Shown here one piece after another: positions 62,484 through 64,000 of a DNA stretch of 64,000 bases. The notes below the pieces were generated by a model that did not search any database, was not told where the DNA came from, and saw only the letters and a list, made by a program, of their open reading frames with translations. Numbering within the stretch: the first letter of the stretch is position 1; every line of letters begins with the position of its first letter. The position numbers and the translations under genes were made by a program. The stretch lies in IMG/VR virus record IMGVR_UViG_3300021978_000001, positions 1-64,000 of that record; one strand, written 5' to 3'. This DNA is from a virus (taxonomy: Duplodnaviria > Caudoviricetes).

Positions 62484-64000
62484 TCAGGTGGAGTCCTGAG
62501 ACTCACGCACGGATTGCAACATCGCATCATAGAGCGCGCGAGTCGGAGAGGACTCTCCAAATATGAAATCCTCTTCCTGACCTTCCTGATTGCCCAGCAA
62601 GCGCTGCCCGAGCGCGCCCTCGATGTATCCCATCTTGCGATCCAGGGTCTTGGCGACGTGGCGATCAATCGTCGCCTCACCGAAGGGACCTTCCGAGATC
62701 ATGTGAATAGCATACACGGATTGGTGCGGTGAGCCAATACGAATCATTCGACCAACGAGCTGAAGATAATCCCCTGCGGACCATGGGAGGTCAAAGAAGA
62801 CCATCACGCGTGCTTCCTGGAGGTTCAAGGCTTCTGCGCCCGCCATGGTCAAGAAGATGAGGTTTGTGCCTTCCGTACCAACAAACGCCTGCCTCCCCGC
62901 TTCACGCTCCTCGCTCGACTCCGCACCTGTGACACGTACCAAGCCTTGCTTGCACTCTGTGCGCGGTTGCCATTCTCCTGTGTGATCTTGAGCGATGCCG
63001 AGTTCGTAACCCTTGTCTGCCAGTAGCTCCTGGAGACGGTCCACCATCTTACGAAAGCGCGTGAAGACAATCACCTTCTCCCCTGCAAGCTCGCCTTCGA
63101 GCATATCCATCAACATCTCGACCTTGTGCGAGATGCCTTCATTGCCGATCAGGTAGAGGTCATTGACGATCTCCTGGCAATAAATGAGCTGCGTGAGGTG
63201 ACTGGTCTCCACCGCAGCATCATCTGCATCAGGGTCAATCAAGCTCGCCTCTGCGACCATCTCGTGAGCCTCGTTCACCGTCAAGAGACCCTCTACCGCG
63301 TCCTGGTAGTGCTTCCACTGGGACCGAGACATCGGCACCACGACTTCCTTCGTGGTGAGCGTCGGGAGTTCCTTGGCGACCGTGTGCTTGGCTCGTCCAA
63401 GGTAGTAGGGGTCGATGCGCTCTCGGAAAAGCTGGACGTGATCTCGGGAGTGTCCTACAATCACGGGCACCTTGCGCCCCCTCCCGATGGGCTGCATCTT
63501 GGTGACACAGAAGTTGCGCATGAAGCCCTTCTCCGAGCTGAAGAGCCCAGGCACGACCACCGAGTAGATGCCAAACCCTTCGAGGAGGTTGTTCTTGATA
63601 AGGGTTGCCGTGATGCCATAGGCGCGCCACGCGTGCTCTGCGAGTCTCTTGGCGGCGGTATGTGTCGCAGATGAGGGAGACTTCACCGCAGCACAGTTAG
63701 AGACCAGGGTGCCTCCTGCGAAGTAATTATGATTCCCCTCTACCTCCAAATCATACACATATTTTTCAGGACGTGCAGGTTCCCATGCCTCTACAGAAAC
63801 CACATGATCAATCACCGTAGCATCAAGAGAAGGCATATCAGGAGACACATAGGGATCATGGTCGGGAAACTTGTACTCAACACCAGGCAAGGCGCCAGGG
63901 AGGAGGTCCAAGAAGGCGCGCGCTGCTTCATCCGGGAGATAAATCACATAGAAGTCTCCTGTGCGTCCCTTACGCGTCTTGACTTGAGCATCTACGCCCC
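62484..64000 (-). CDS. SNF2-family helicase (5' partial, intein-containing)
   Basis: TATLIKNNLLE, KVIVFTRF, AGAEALNLQ, DLPWS...QLVGRMIRIG; frame open to the window edge. Confidence 0.9.
   Translation of the reverse strand, partial: GVDAQVKTRKGRTGDFYVIYLPDEAARAFLDLLPGALPGVEYKFPDHDPYVSPDMPSLDATVIDHVVSVEAWEPARPEKYVYDLEVEGNHNYFAGGTLVSNCAAVKSPSSATHTAAKRLAEHAWRAYGITATLIKNNLLEGFGIYSVVVPGLFSSEKGFMRNFCVTKMQPIGRGRKVPVIVGHSRDHVQLFRERIDPYYLGRAKHTVAKELPTLTTKEVVVPMSRSQWKHYQDAVEGLLTVNEAHEMVAEASLIDPDADDAAVETSHLTQLIYCQEIVNDLYLIGNEGISHKVEMLMDMLEGELAGEKVIVFTRFRKMVDRLQELLADKGYELGIAQDHTGEWQPRTECKQGLVRVTGAESSEEREAGRQAFVGTEGTNLIFLTMAGAEALNLQEARVMVFFDLPWSAGDYLQLVGRMIRIGSPHQSVYAIHMISEGPFGEATIDRHVAKTLDRKMGYIEGALGQRLLGNQEGQEEDFIFGESSPTRALYDAMLQSVRESQDST
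63696..64000 (-). mobile_element. C-terminal part of an intein in the SNF2 helicase
   Basis: YVYDLEVEGNHNYFAGGTLVSN followed by +1 Cys (CAAVKS, motif II position). Confidence 0.88.

Noticed and set aside
1-64000. Interpretation as a bacterial chromosome (because of infA, trxA, phoH, polA, dnaB, cas genes)
   Set aside because: There are no housekeeping operons, infA is isolated, baseplate genes and many small orphan ORFs with repeated early promoters are present, and the polymerase lacks a 5'-3' exonuclease; all point to a large phage

Overview
This window looks like a 64 kb segment of a large, high-GC, contractile-tailed (jumbo-type) bacteriophage genome rather than a bacterial chromosome. 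The + strand carries virion/baseplate genes: a 2292-aa giant protein, a gp25-like protein, baseplate J, a wedge protein and a tail protein. The right end carries a replication module: SNF2 helicase with intein, DnaC-like loader, DnaB with intein, a standalone primase Zn-finger and family A DNA polymerase. Auxiliary genes include a Dam-like methylase, thioredoxin, IF-1, PhoH, a RelA/SpoT-like nucleotidyltransferase, a metallophosphatase and a Ycf46/DUF1257/DUF2997-like module. The outstanding feature is a minus-strand type I-E CRISPR-Cas system of unusual architecture spread over about 13.1-31.3 kb. Its order is cas3, orphan repeat, cas7, array, cas6, array, cas5, fused cas8e-cas11, array; no cas1/cas2 is visible in the window. 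About 52 repeats (manual count) are split into eight short arrays, a truncated remnant and an orphan repeat, interleaved with cas genes, small accessory genes and baseplate genes. The repeats are highly heterogeneous but keep their hairpin through compensatory or G-U changes. Several terminal repeats sit directly on the ribosome-binding site of a downstream gene, one ORF lies between two repeats, two leader families exist, and the first base of the spacers differs between arrays. All assignments are by-eye motif recognition; no database search was run.
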